DNA of 64,000 nt from Ostrea edulis (lineage: Eukaryota): assembly GCF_947568905.1 (NCBI RefSeq), contig NC_079167.1, forward strand, positions 15,996,001-16,060,000. The letters are read 5' to 3'. Positions within the stretch are counted from its first letter, which is position 1, and each line of letters begins with the position of its first letter. The position numbers and the translations under genes were made by a program. Of the stretch, positions 25,101 to 37,341 are shown in pieces. The notes under the pieces were generated by a model, which made no database searches, had not been told where the DNA came from, and saw nothing but the letters and a program-made list of their open reading frames with translations.

Positions 25101-28100
25101 GCACAGTTTTTGAAAGGGATATTCCCGGAGGTGGTACCTATGCGTTGTCAGGAGGCACCATCCAGAGAAATGGTAGAAAAATGGATAAATGAAAACAGTC
25201 CAGTCCTTAACATGGTGCTGGGATTGCAAGGCATTCATCCACAAAGAGACCAAGAGAGCATAGGGTTACATCAAATCAGCAATGTCCTGAGATACATATA
25301 TGTCATGCCAATTCAGAAATGGGTGTTTAAAATGATGATGGAGTGTTTTAGCAACAACGATCTGGATAAAATAGAAAAGCTCATTTGCACAGATGAACTT
25401 CATCCAATGCAATGCTTGGCTTTAGAAGAATGGAAATCATTCCAAGAAACTGCTTTCTACAAATGTAGCAGTGCAACCAGAGCGTCAGAGGAAATGATCC
25501 ATTTCTCGCTGAAAATGAACTTTTATGTACATTTTACATCACCTATTCGAAGATATCCTGATGTAGTAATCAATCGACTTGTTCATGCAGCTCTGGAAAA
25601 TACAGAAAGTCCTTATTCAGCTGAGGATGTGACAGATATTTGTGAAGGATGCAATAAAGGCATTCGGAGAGCAAAACTATTCCAAAAACAATGTCAAATG
25701 ATGATTTGGGGATTTCAGTTGAAAAAGACGCCTAAAGTCTTACATGCCATTGTCAGAGAACTCGCAGACAAATCAGTATCAATAGTAATTCCTGGTTTAA
25801 GATCGCTGCCAGTCTATTGCAAAGAGCTACCATTGAATCTACTACAATTGTCTGAAAAGCCGAAAACTACAACTCGCCACGAACATGAATATTTAGAACT
25901 CCAATGGATAAAACGACTTTATGATGTGACGGGAAAACCGAAGGCAAGTTGGAAAAGGTTATCATATAGGGAAAAAGAAACATTCTGTAAAAAGATTAAT
26001 CCAAACTTAAAATCAAAATTCATCAAGCAGGAAACTTGGAAGGTGTTTTTATCGGGAGTCATCAAACATAAACTACCGGAGCTACGAGAATATCTGCTTG
26101 CTGGTGGTTTGGAGGACTTGTGTTTGGACAGAGACGGGTATAATTATGTTGACGGGTGTCATGAAACAGTGTTTGATCACAGCTCTGAAGTCGAAAGTGG
26201 AAACGTTATCAAACAAGGATGTGAATATAGTATGACATTCACAAGAGGGCAAATCGTTTGCGTTCAGCTTTCGGCAGAACCACAGAAGGGAATACTTTCT
26301 CCGTCACTGCAGTTGTACGATATGACTGCAAGCATCAAGTATTGTCTTCAGCATACTCGTGACCCGATCAAATTTCTCTCCACATATTCCTCTCTGAAAC
26401 CATACAAAACGTATTCTTCTCCAAAGAAATATTTAAGTACATGGCTGCCGCTGATGGAAATGGAGGCAGTAACGTCTGCAATAGATGATGATTCAGTTTC
26501 CATCAATAATGTTCAAGTCACGTTTGATTCAAAACGTTCAGGGTATTTTATTATACCGCAAAGCTTTACCGATCAAAGAGATATAGACTTCAATGTCATA
26601 TCCGAAAGACTTGTCATAAGAGGAGAAGATGAAACTGATCGACAAGAATATCGTAATTCTAGTTTTCTTTGCATTCGGTCGGAACACGTCCTCAGAAAAC
26701 CTGTTGAAACAAGGCAATATTCATTGTCAAATGATCCGAGTGATAGAATCTATTATATACTTCATGCACGAATTACTATTGTTGAAAAGTTGAAAAATAT
26801 GCCAAATTCAGGATCAGATGAGGAAGTGCGGAAAAAGACCAGGAATGTTTTGAAAGTTAAATTTAAACTACACCCTGAGAGCAGTGATCCCAGTGATGAG
26901 ATGTACTACAATTATAATCCTTCGCCCTGTACTGTAGAAATCATTGCAAAATCTGAAACAGACACGTAAGCAGTATTTGAATGCCAAATAAGAAAAAAAA
27001 AGAAGACCAACGTGNNNNNNNNNNNNNNNNNNNNNNNNNNNNNNNNNNNNNNNNNNNNNNNNNNNNNNNNNNNNNNNNNNNNNNNNNNNNNNNNNNNNNN
27101 NNNNNNNNNNNNNNNNNNNNNNNNNNNNNNNNNNNNNNNNNNNNNNNNNNNNNNNNNNNNNNNNNNNNNNNNNNATTGTAGACGCACCGAGGTTATTCTG
27201 GGATGCCTTAGTCTATCGACAGACGTGGCCAAGATGATTGCCCTCAATAAAAGAGGCACCATACGTTTAAGTTTGTAAAATTCTGTATTTGTTTGTCAAT
27301 CGGTTTTTAATAATTTGTTTTGGCCAATCAATAAATTCATCTCTTTGGTCTATAACAGATACAACATACATTGAAATAGCTTCGAAAATTAACATTGAAG
27401 TGAAAATACCAAAGGTAGTACCAAACAACGAATTCCAGAAAAAAGCAATAAAGAACGCTCTGACTTCAACATTTAGTCTCATCCACGGACCACCTGGTGA
27501 GTTATACAGGTAACACCAAACTAGATAACCAGCAAATTGCTGGAGAAAATTAGTCTACTTCATATGGTATTTTAGAATGAGCTACGTTGTGCTAAATACT
27601 TACAGGAGAGAACGTTTATATGCATCATTTGTCTCTTTCTTTTCATTTGTATTTTATTACTGCTTATCAAGAATGGAACGTGTTTCAGACGAAGATGTTG
27701 GATAGATGTGCTAGCTGTTCTGTCATGCAAGATCTGCCATACGTATAATGATATTTTCTTCACCTAAAGGTACAGGAAAAACTCACACAGGTATTAAACT
27801 GGTTTACCTATTCGACAAAATCAACACTAAAATGCAAGAAGAAGGTTATGCAAGAACGCATGTCGTGTTTTGTGGACCGAACAACAAGTCTGTGGATCTG
27901 GTGGCACGTACGTGTTTTTTTTTTACATGCCTTAGAATTAGATAAATGCCTTTAGAATTATCGTTGACACTTGGTATGGACATGATCATAATTGAAAGTG
28001 TAGGTCAGTTTTTATTAATGTAAGGTGAATATAACGAACAGTGATCAATCTCACAACTCCTATAAGCATGTTGTCTGAGTGTTAAAAACGATCAAATAAA

Positions 28101-31095
28101 AATGATTACCTTAGGTCTTGAAAGGACTACTTTTTGTACTTAGAACAGACAACAGTCCTGTTGTTTGTTTAATTTTGTTTGTTACTTAGGCGACCAGTAA
28201 GACAATGGGCGTCTTGTTACTTTTACAGGATGGATGCTTCAAACCTATGGCAAAGAGTGCCCAGATATTGTTCGACTTTATGGCAGTTCTCTTGAAAACA
28301 AAGTATTCCCAACACTTGGTAAATATTTTTCCAAAAGAGCATCTGCAAAAGAATCCAAACCGGATCCAGCGTTGGAAGAAATATCTGTACATAATTTAAT
28401 ACGGTTGGAGGACAAACCATATTCTGAAGATGTAGGTAGATTTGACCAATTGTTTCGCAAGTATGATTCAAACGAATACGAACCCACTCTGAAAGACTTG
28501 AAAAAGTACAGAAAATTGATAAGCGAAGCAACAAAGACGGAAATCAAACACCACCACGTTATTTTCTGCACAACGTCGGTCGCGACAAGTCCAAGATTTA
28601 TAAAAGCCCTCAGTGGTAATATTCAGCAGTTGATCATAGACGAGGCAGGAATGTGCACTGAACCAGAGAGTATTGCGGCAATCATATCTACCAAAGCGAA
28701 ACAAATTGTTCTAATCGGCGATCACAAACAACTTCAGCCAGTGTTGAAGTCCTCCTATGCAGCAGAATTAGGTCTAGAAAGATCTTTATTTGAAAGATAT
28801 TCGGATCGCGCAACTATGCTTCAAATTCAATACCGTATGGTATGTAATGCTGTATTGAATAAATGTTTTCAAACGTATTTAGGAAAGAGAGGGTTAGAGA
28901 TGGGGAATCTCCGCCAAGTACCCCATCCCATCGATTTGTGAGTACATGTATATAATTTTCAGATGTTATCTGTCTTGTCTTTTGATTATATGTTACAAAC
29001 TGAGGAATGTAACCCACCCCACTATCTAAATCTATTCCGCAAACTTTGATCTCTTATTGGCAGTCACTTTTGGTGAAAATTTTATTTAAAATACTCCCGA
29101 AAGGAAATACAAATAAACCTTGGCGGAGGAAACTGAAATGTATTTATTGAAAATTATTTTGGTGTTTATGAATTACAGCATCCAAAAATCTGTGAGTTTC
29201 CATCGATTCAGTTTTACGACGGAAAGCTTCAGACGGAATCTTCACCAAAGTGGAATATTCCAAAACCTTTGAAATTGTGGATCAATAGAGAAAAGACACC
29301 ACTTGTGTTTTGTCACATAGAAGGAGAGGAAGAATTTCTTACGGTTTCAACTTTGGAAGGAAATGAACAATCGTGTAGTAATAAACAAGAGGTAGAACAA
29401 GTGGTGAGCAGAATCTAGAAAATCTGTAGTATTAAAATCTGTAATATTGTTTGAAATGTATAACCACTTCTAACCTGCAGCAAGATTTATAATGTTAGTA
29501 AGGAAAACGGTACTTCAGCTCAATGACAGAACTTTCGTTTAAAGTCCTAAAGGGTGTGACAAGTCCTCACATACTCCACATCGAAAGTGATATGAGAAAA
29601 CTCGTGTTTACTATATAAGTAATGAATCGTATTTGGTAGGTGTTTTGTATAAATGTAAACTTTTGCTTTAAAGTTTTAAAATCATTATGCATTTTACATT
29701 GTAATTTTTATGCTGAATAATTAAGGAACCTCAATACACCAACAGGCTATACGTTTTAAAGAGCCAGAATATTGTACCTTTTAAAGTTATACAATGTCGA
29801 TATAGAAGACATTCATATCATTGTCATTATAGCGCACTAGGCTTCCTAAAATACCCCAGAAAATGAAAAAAAATATAATCAGAAAATTGTGAGATAAGAG
29901 GGAAAACTTGCTTTGTTGCATTAAACTAATAAATTAGACATGCATGTTTAAGGCGTTATGACGTCATGAATTTCTTCATTTCACTTGTACTATGTCATTT
30001 TGACTTAAAATCTGCAATGTTTGCAACACTTGACAATCTATCTAAGCACCTTCACCAAGAAGGCGATGCTTTAAAATTATTTTTTCTTGACTAGGGCTGG
30101 ACTTCAGTTTTACATGAGAATATAAAGGACAATTGAAAAAAAAATCCGTTCAAGAGTAGGACGGCCACACTACATTATATCAATATACAAACATTCCCAA
30201 GTTATGTGAATCCATTTTATGGACCCTTGAGTTCAGTTAGGGTCAAATTTTACATGATACATGAATACAGGGTGAAATCTTGAATATCGTTCAAAGAAAT
30301 CTACTAAGACTAGCAAGGTCGTTTTAGTCATATGGAATTCAAGCATCCCATGCTGTGTGTATTCAATTTTGGTAAAATCATAACCCATGGGGATAGTTAC
30401 ATGTAGAGGTATACTATGGAGTCAAAATGTGTCATGGGGTAAAAACCTGGAAAAAAATAGCAAGGCCAAGGTGACCCAGATGAGCGTTGTGGCCCATGAG
30501 CTTCTTGTTTAGATGTACCCTTTAGACTTGAATTTTGGCTTAATTGTTTAGATCTACCAATCTAAAGATCTCTACTTCATTGGATTTTGAACAAATATAG
30601 TATTGGGTTTGCTTCATTTTCATATTAGATCTGACGGTATTTGGAGTTTTTAAAGCTAAGATATCTAACAATGGAATCACAAAATTTCATTTTGATCTGA
30701 AAACTCAAAATGTTCTGGGCCATGTTCTTTCTACAGTTTTGAACTATTTGATGTACATGTATCTTTAATTTTATAAACATACCGATAATGTACATGTACA
30801 TTATAGATATAGTTATGAAATGAATATAGATATACAAAAGCCTTGCCAAACAAAGTCATATTATTTTTGTGATCAGCAAAACTTGTCCCTGTGAAAAGTG
30901 ACTTTGCTGAAATATTTCCCAGGCTTTCTAGTCTAGAATTAATGTTTTGACAGATACTTTATAATTCTGACCCTCTAAAACGAATAACATATTTTTAGAC
31001 GTTGTGCACATTAGACTACCCTCCACCACAAAATGTATTCAAACTTCCTTTTACGCGTATATATTTATATCTATTGGAAATAATCCGATGATAAA

Positions 31096-31151
<56 letters not shown>

Positions 31152-32709
31152 GCTTGGTAAAGGATTCAGTGCGTTTAATATAAAAATAATGAATAATCCT
31201 CAGATATTTCCGTATTATTTTTCAGGTCAAGATATTGAAGCATTTGATACAGCATGAGAGACTTGACTTAAACGACAAAGAGAATCTAAATATAATGTCC
31301 CAGTACAATGCTCAGTGTCATCAGATCCGTGCGGCCGTGTCCAAAATAGCGGAGGGAATTAATGTGAACACAGTGGTGGCCAGTCAGGGTAAGCAGGAGT
31401 AGGGTGCTTGTAATGACTTCGACAGACTAACTCCGTTTACCTGATCAGGATATAGGGCTCACAGCGGGTGTGACCGGTCGACAGGGGATGCTTACTCCCC
31501 CTAGGCACCTGATCCCACCTCTGGTGTGTCCAGGGGTCCGTGTTTGCTCACGGAAGGTTACATGCAAGATTCGGCTTTTCCAATTCATTGAAAAGATATT
31601 TTGAAATACCCCATCATGTTTTCCCGATTTCTCTATTAGCCCTATTTGAAAGAGCCCTTCATTTGCGCACACCTGGATTCCCCTTACCTAATATTTGATT
31701 GAAATTCAGCTCATCGTTCTTGAGAAGTGGAAAATGTGCAATCAGGGGGAGACAGACAGATGAGATACAAACAGACGAGGGACAAACTTCAATCAGAGAA
31801 ACAACGACTTTAAATCATTTTCTTTCTAATACCGTACCTTCAAATTATTCTAATTCTTATATCCACTATTCTATCGCCAAGCACCTAGGCACCTAGGCCG
31901 TATATCACGGAAAGTTTTAACAATGCAAGGTGAAGATAACGAACAGCGATCAATCTCATAACTCCTACAAGCAATACAAAATAGATAGTTGGGCAAACAC
32001 GGACCCCTGGACACAACAATATAAAGAACCCACAATGATACAGTCATTGGTCAACATTTGTGGTACTTCACCTAAAACAAGTAACGTCTCTGCATAAGTA
32101 AATAATGTTTTTGAATGGGACGTAGAACAGCATACAAATAGATAACCAATTTTTTTTCAGGTGGAGAATGGAACTATGTCATTTTCAGTACAGTTAGGTC
32201 TTTGCCGCACTATCGTATCGAAAGCAAACCTACCTTGGGATGGTGCAAGAAGAGTCTTGGTTTCATATCTGATGAACATCAAATCAATGTCGCTCTTACT
32301 AGGGCAAGATGCGGACTTGTTATTATAGGTTTGTATGCTGAAATAATTTCAAACTGTTGAAACTGTGAACTATTGCCAATTATTAATGTGTAACTCTTAT
32401 GTCCATTTAAAATTCCTGTTAGTGTGTTCATGTACAGATATAATGACTGCAATATGGTAATTAATTTATAAAAGGACAAATTCCTATTAATGGACACTGC
32501 AATCATAATTTTTTTCGACCTTATACTGAAATACATGCCAAAAGTTCAATCAAATCATTCATAAAGTATATCATTAGAAAATCACACACTTTATTTCTAC
32601 AGGCAACAAACATCTACTATCATGCGACCCAACTTGGAAAAATCTCATTGACCATTATGCAAGACTTAACTGTGTTGTTGATGAAGATGAATTTCCCAGA
32701 ATTCCATAG
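19101..32709 (+). CDS. HELZ2-like: HELZ2-like paralog B, complete RNB exoribonuclease + SF1 helicase (~1737 aa); exons 19101-19152, 23443-26965, 27182-27270, 27359-27496, 27770-27907, 28229-28839, 29179-29403, 31226-31388, 32161-32328, 32603-32709
   Basis: The exon sum is 5214 nt with a continuous frame across GT-AG junctions. RNB motifs are FTIDPRNSKDLDDALS and HFTSPIRRYPD. Helicase motifs are GPPGTGKT, DEAG, GDHKQL, QYRMHP, SQGGEW and NVALTRAR. The first exon MPGKRKRG is homologous to that of paralog C and has an in-frame upstream stop at 19071-19073. The first exon is less certain than the rest. Confidence 0.88.
21250..21643 (+). mobile_element. PLE 3' fragment (~400 nt: RT C-terminus plus tail) in intron 1 of paralog B
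   Basis: Collinear with 11790-12193 and ends in cttcacctttcat. Confidence 0.85.
22145..22415 (-). mobile_element. Truncated SINE-like copy with (attg)n tail and an internal fold-back duplication
   Basis: A gattgattgattg tail at the left end and a perfect 33-bp inverted repeat at 22287-22319 / 22335-22367. Confidence 0.55.
23443..26965 (+). CDS. HELZ2-like: Giant coding exon of paralog B: acidic N-terminus, probable OB/cold-shock-like region, RNase II (RNB) catalytic domain and linker
   Basis: ORF 23478..26969 is open back to the acceptor ttttag at 23442 and ends at the donor ac|gtaag at 26966. The DxxxxxDxDD motif is intact. Confidence 0.93.
28022..28068 (-). mobile_element. Short PLE 3'-end fragment
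   Basis: aaggtgaatataacgaacagtgatcaatctcacaactcctataagca. Confidence 0.7.
30150..30512. mobile_element. Helentron/HINE-like non-autonomous fragment
   Basis: It ends in aaggtgacccagatgagcgttgtggcccatgagcttcttgtt, a recalled bivalve HINE terminus. Confidence 0.4.
31097..31149. repeat. (TA)n microsatellite; another lies at ~10130-10180
   Basis: Directly visible. Confidence 0.95.
31424..31549 (+). mobile_element. PLE 3'-region fragment
   Basis: taactccgtttacctgatcaggatatagggctcac...ggggtccgtgtttgctca matches 12010-12130. Confidence 0.8.
31923..32015 (-). mobile_element. PLE 3'-end fragment
   Basis: atgcaaggtgaagataacgaacagcgatc...cacggacccctggacaca. Confidence 0.8.
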
Positions 32710-32849
32710 ATATATCTACTTTCTCTACAGTACAGCTCGTTGGCAAAAAAATGAAGGAAAACAATTAAAATAAGAAATACTCACATGTTGAATACAGCTC
32801 GCTTTATGGCCTTTTTATGACCATCTTTTTGCTGTATTTAGTGTTGTAT

Positions 32850-33700
32850 GCTCCCGGAAATTTTTTCGGGGGAGCATATAGTCGCCATCATGTCTGCCCG
32901 TCCATCCGAGCTTATATCACCTAAACCTTTTATTAGAAATTGATCATAAATACCAGTATTCCTTGGGACAGGTGCTTTTGGACCAACATCATTATGGAAA
33001 AGGTCATGATCACTCAGAACACATACCTTATATAGGAAATGGTTCCTTATTTCAACAGATATTGATCATATATCACACAAAGAAGTAACAGGCAATTGGC
33101 TTTCAGACAAAGGACACTCAAGTTCATTTTGTACGGCCATGATCACTCAGAACATATCCATTATATATGAATTTTTTTTTATTTCAACAATATTTCTACA
33201 GTTATTGATCTCTGTGACCAAGGTCTGTGAATGTCATTTTGGAAAGGTCAAGGTCACTCAGAACATATACCCTTTACTTCAGCAGTATTTCAACAAATTG
33301 ATCACATCACACAAAAAAGTAATGACCAAATGGCTTTCAGACAAAGGTCACTCAAGGTCATTTCATAAAGATCGAGGTCACTCAGAACATATATATGAAG
33401 AAAACCTTTATTTCAACAATATATCAATATATTGATCTTTTGGACCAAGGTTATTGCAAGGTAATTTTGGAAAGATCAAGATCACTCAGAACATATGCCT
33501 TGTATGAGGAAAAGGTTATTTAATTCAACAGTTTTTAGAGTTACATGTATTGATCATATATCACACAAATAAGTAAAAGATAAATGGCTTTCAAACAAAG
33601 TTCATTCAATGTCATTTTGTAAAGGTAAACGTCACTAAACATATACCTTATATGAGAAAAACTTTATTGCAATAATATTTTAACAGTTATTGATTGTGCG
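32850..33700. mobile_element. Helentron/HINE-like element with ~6 degenerate ~120-bp internal repeats
   Basis: A tatgctccc...ggggagcata inverted head, then repeated aaggtca.g.tcactcagaacatat at ~33001, 33138, 33245, 33372, 33473 and 33621. Confidence 0.55.
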
Positions 33701-34037
33701 AGTCATTCGTCACATGAACAACTTCATTGGTTAGATGAAGTTCGGGGAGCATCCTTCAGTTTTACTGATATTCCTGTTGAGCATGTATATATGTTTCATT
33801 GTCTGATCTACTTTCTGTTATGTGAATAGTCAGTTTTAAACTCTAACTTGTCAAATTGTAGTTATTAGTCAATGTTATGATTTAAACCCTGCCAATTAAT
33901 TGTTCTGTAATATTATGTAATATTGAATTTTAATGTCTAGCCATTTGTTAGTTTTAATAAAGGACCAATTCACACAATGATATTCTTTCTTATTCTTTCC
34001 ATATGGAATGTAGAAAAAACAAGTTGCAAATTACCAG

Positions 34038-34247
34038 ATGAAAGGTGAAGATAACGAACAGTGATCAATCTCATAGCTCCTATAAGCAATACAAAATAGA
34101 TAGTTGGCCAAACACAGACCCCTGAACACACCAGAGGTGGGATCAGGTGCCTAGGAGGAGTAAGCATCCCCTGTCGACCGGTCACACCCACCGTGAGCCC
34201 TATATTCTGATCAGGTAAACGGAGTTATCTGTAGACAAAATCAGTGA
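34038..34247 (-). mobile_element. PLE 3'-end fragment
   Basis: About 210 nt near-consensus copy starting atgaaaggtgaag. Confidence 0.85.
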
Positions 34248-34767
34248 GCAGATTTGTTTTCTTACATTTTTTGGACACAATTGTAGATATTAAAAAAATT
34301 AAGGAACGAGACAAAGCTTCCAAATCCACAAAATAGAAAATATATCTTTATCTGGGAATGCGTCTCCGATTGACCACCTTTGATCTAGAAAATTGCGATT
34401 TCATAGCAAAATGAGGAAATGAAGTACAAAATTTAAGAGTGAATATACAGATTAAATATTGAGGGTAAAAGAAAGTGCACGGTCCTTCTGAAACCTATAC
34501 GTAAACTTTTATCGAATAAATTTCTATTCTTTTGTCAACTCGTACCTTATTTAGCCTTTTCTGGAAAGATGGCCGAACCCGTACGTTGATTTTATTTTGT
34601 GACAATAAACCGACATGTCACTTATAATAATGAAATGATACAACCAAAATAAGGATGGGTATCCATGTTGGTTTTCGATGAAAGAAAAATCTTTTTAAAA
34701 CATATAAAGTAGAAGATAGAAAGAATTATATAAGTATCCAATAGAAGTTGACCACACTCTAAAAAGA

Positions 34768-35338
34768 TAGAATATCTGTCATAACAAGATGTGAATGGGT
34801 AGACCATCTGTCATTATAAGATGTGAATGGGTAGACCATCTGTCATTACAAGGTGTGAAGAGGTAGAGTATCTGTCATTACAAGGTGTGAAGGGGTAGAA
34901 TATTTCTCATTACAGGGTGTGAAGGGGTAGATTATCTGTCATTACAAGGTGTGAAGGGGTAGAATATTTCTCATTACAGGGTGTGAAGGGGTAGAATATT
35001 TCTCATTACAGGGTGTGAAGGGTAGACTATCTGTCATTACAAGGCGTGAAGAAGTAGACTATCTGTCATTACAGGGTGTGAAGGGGTAGAATATTTCTCA
35101 TTACAGGGTGTGAAGGGTAGATTATCTGTCATTACAAGGTGTGAAGGGGTAGAATATCTGTCATTACAGGGTGGGAAAGGGTAGAATATCTGTCATTACA
35201 AGGCGTGAAGGGGTAGACTATCTGTCATTACAAGGCGTGAAGAAGTAGACTATGTCATTACAGGGCGTAAAGGAGTAGAATATCTGTCATTACAAAGTGT
35301 GAAGGAATAGAATATCTGTCATTATAGGGTGTGAAGGG
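34768..35338. repeat. 32-bp minisatellite, ~18 copies (tatctgtcattacaaggtgtgaaggggtagaa)
   Basis: Directly visible tandem periodicity. Confidence 0.92.
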
Positions 35339-37077
35339 ACTATGGTGTTGCAATCTTGATGATGCGTTTTTGTATATTTCTTCAGGAAATCAAAAATCTA
35401 AATCTAACTGTTTTCAATATATTTGTATACTACATTATGTGACCTGCTTATCAAACAAATGAAACAAGAACATTTTGTCTGGATTTATTTGTAAAACAAA
35501 ACTTGCTAAAAGTAATCTTAAAACATATTAAGTCATGTTTTTCATGTCGATTTCGTTAAACAAAACGAGTTGAAATAGGAGTAAATATAAGTATCATAAA
35601 TAAAACAGCACATTAAAATAGTAACGTACTAAAGGTAATTGAATGTTGTATAGTGAGACTGAGTCCACAGAATGGTGGTTATATTTAAGATCCTTACAAG
35701 TACACACAAAGTCATTATAAAATCATAAAAATATCACAATGCTCACATTTGATATGACCCGCAGGCTTTAGAGTCGTAATTGTAGGCTTTGGAAATGATT
35801 GCCCCCACCCCTTACATATATTCACTCGCAATAAGGCAAAACACGTTATTGCACACCTTGGTACAGCACTATTTATCTTTTATTTAGCCATTTGGTTATA
35901 TTTTGTACGTCCTATATATACATGTATGTAGTATATCCCGCTCCCAAAAATAATGATTTCAAAATTGAATGCATCCTACTTAAAAACAGGGAGTCCACTT
36001 CGAACTTTTCGCTCTCTACAAAAACCTGTACATGTTGCTATGGCAACTCATCGATGTACTATCCAAATAAAATATCTTACTTTTGAGTGAAGCAGTGTTT
36101 TATATCATATAAGAATACCTATAGGAGCAATGTGTTACATTTATATCTCACTATATTTTCCCTTTGAACTACATTGTAAGCTTAGTGTTTTATCCAACAA
36201 AAATCAGTAATCTATTCAACTGAAAACGGGGGACTTAACACTGCACAGGCAGAGGTATTTGTGAAACAGAATCAATATCTAGTAGGCTAAGCTTGCTATT
36301 GCAGTTTTAACAAAAAGAAAATTTCAAAGCATTTTAAAAAGCATTTTTCAGATATGATTTGAATATAAGCATGAAATGATATCACAAATGTCTATTGCGC
36401 ATATAACACGCAAGTTTAGGCATGTAAACCCAAAAATCTTTCAAATCAGCCGCTTTCGATGATTAGCCGATTTTGAAAACAAGTTCCTTATTTCTTGCAA
36501 TCAAAAAATAACGGAAAATAAGCCAGTTTTTTTTTTATAATAAACCCTACTTTAAACCATTCAAATGGATTTATTTAAATGAAAAACTAATTTATTTCTT
36601 CCCTCATTGTTGTAATTGTAAAAAAAATTATAAATAAATATTTACATCTTATCTCTTTTATTTGATAGTTGTAAAATAAATTTAACATAATACTCTCTTT
36701 CAATATAGTTTAGGACTGCAGATTTCTTGCTTTGATAATTAGGCGCAATTTGAGAATAAGACGACTTGAAAATAAGTCCCCACTTACCAAAACTTAAAAT
36801 CCCGGCTTATTTTCTTTTATAGTATCACACCGCGCGTTATTCAATTTGTCAGTACATTGTTATGTGTTATCAATACATGTCAAAATATTATCATTCTTGA
36901 ACACATACTGTGAAATTAGTAGATAAAGTCTGACTCTCGCAACAAATTATCATGCAAATTCTTAATGCGCAGAAATGTACATACATGTATAAATAATACT
37001 TAGTCAGGGACGTCTTGTTACCTTCTGTTTAAATTAATATTGGTTGGACGATGCTGTGCTACAATATGGTTGAAATG

Positions 37078-37240
37078 GAAGGCAAATATAACGAACAGTG
37101 ATCAATCACACTACTCCCATAAGCAATACAAAATAAAGAGGTGGGCACACACGGACCCCTGGACATACCAGAGGTGAGATCAGGTGCCTAAGAGGAGTAA
37201 GCATCCCCCTGTCCACCGATCAAACCCGCCGTGAGTCCTG
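37078..37240 (-). mobile_element. PLE 3'-end fragment (diverged)
   Basis: ataacgaacagtgatcaatc...cacggacccctggacataccagaggtgagatcaggtgcc. Confidence 0.75.
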
Positions 37241-37341
37241 TCTTCAATTTGAAATTCGTTTTAAAGAAGAAATGTATTGAAAACATTTGAGTCGAAATAT
37301 TCTATATGGACATTTTGCGTTATATTCTACAGCAATCTTAA

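Noticed and set aside
23443-26965. RNB exon as a horizontally acquired bacterial RNase R/II gene
   Set aside because: It is spliced in frame by GT-AG introns to a HELZ2-type helicase, with the same structure in two paralogs.
27015-27174. A missing exon hidden in the N gap of paralog B
   Set aside because: Splice phases match across the gap, and paralog C has no extra exon at the equivalent position.
898-32709. Paralogs A and B as an uncollapsed allelic (haplotig) duplication
   Set aside because: Most exons are only ~78-86% identical, the introns are unrelated and the C-termini differ.
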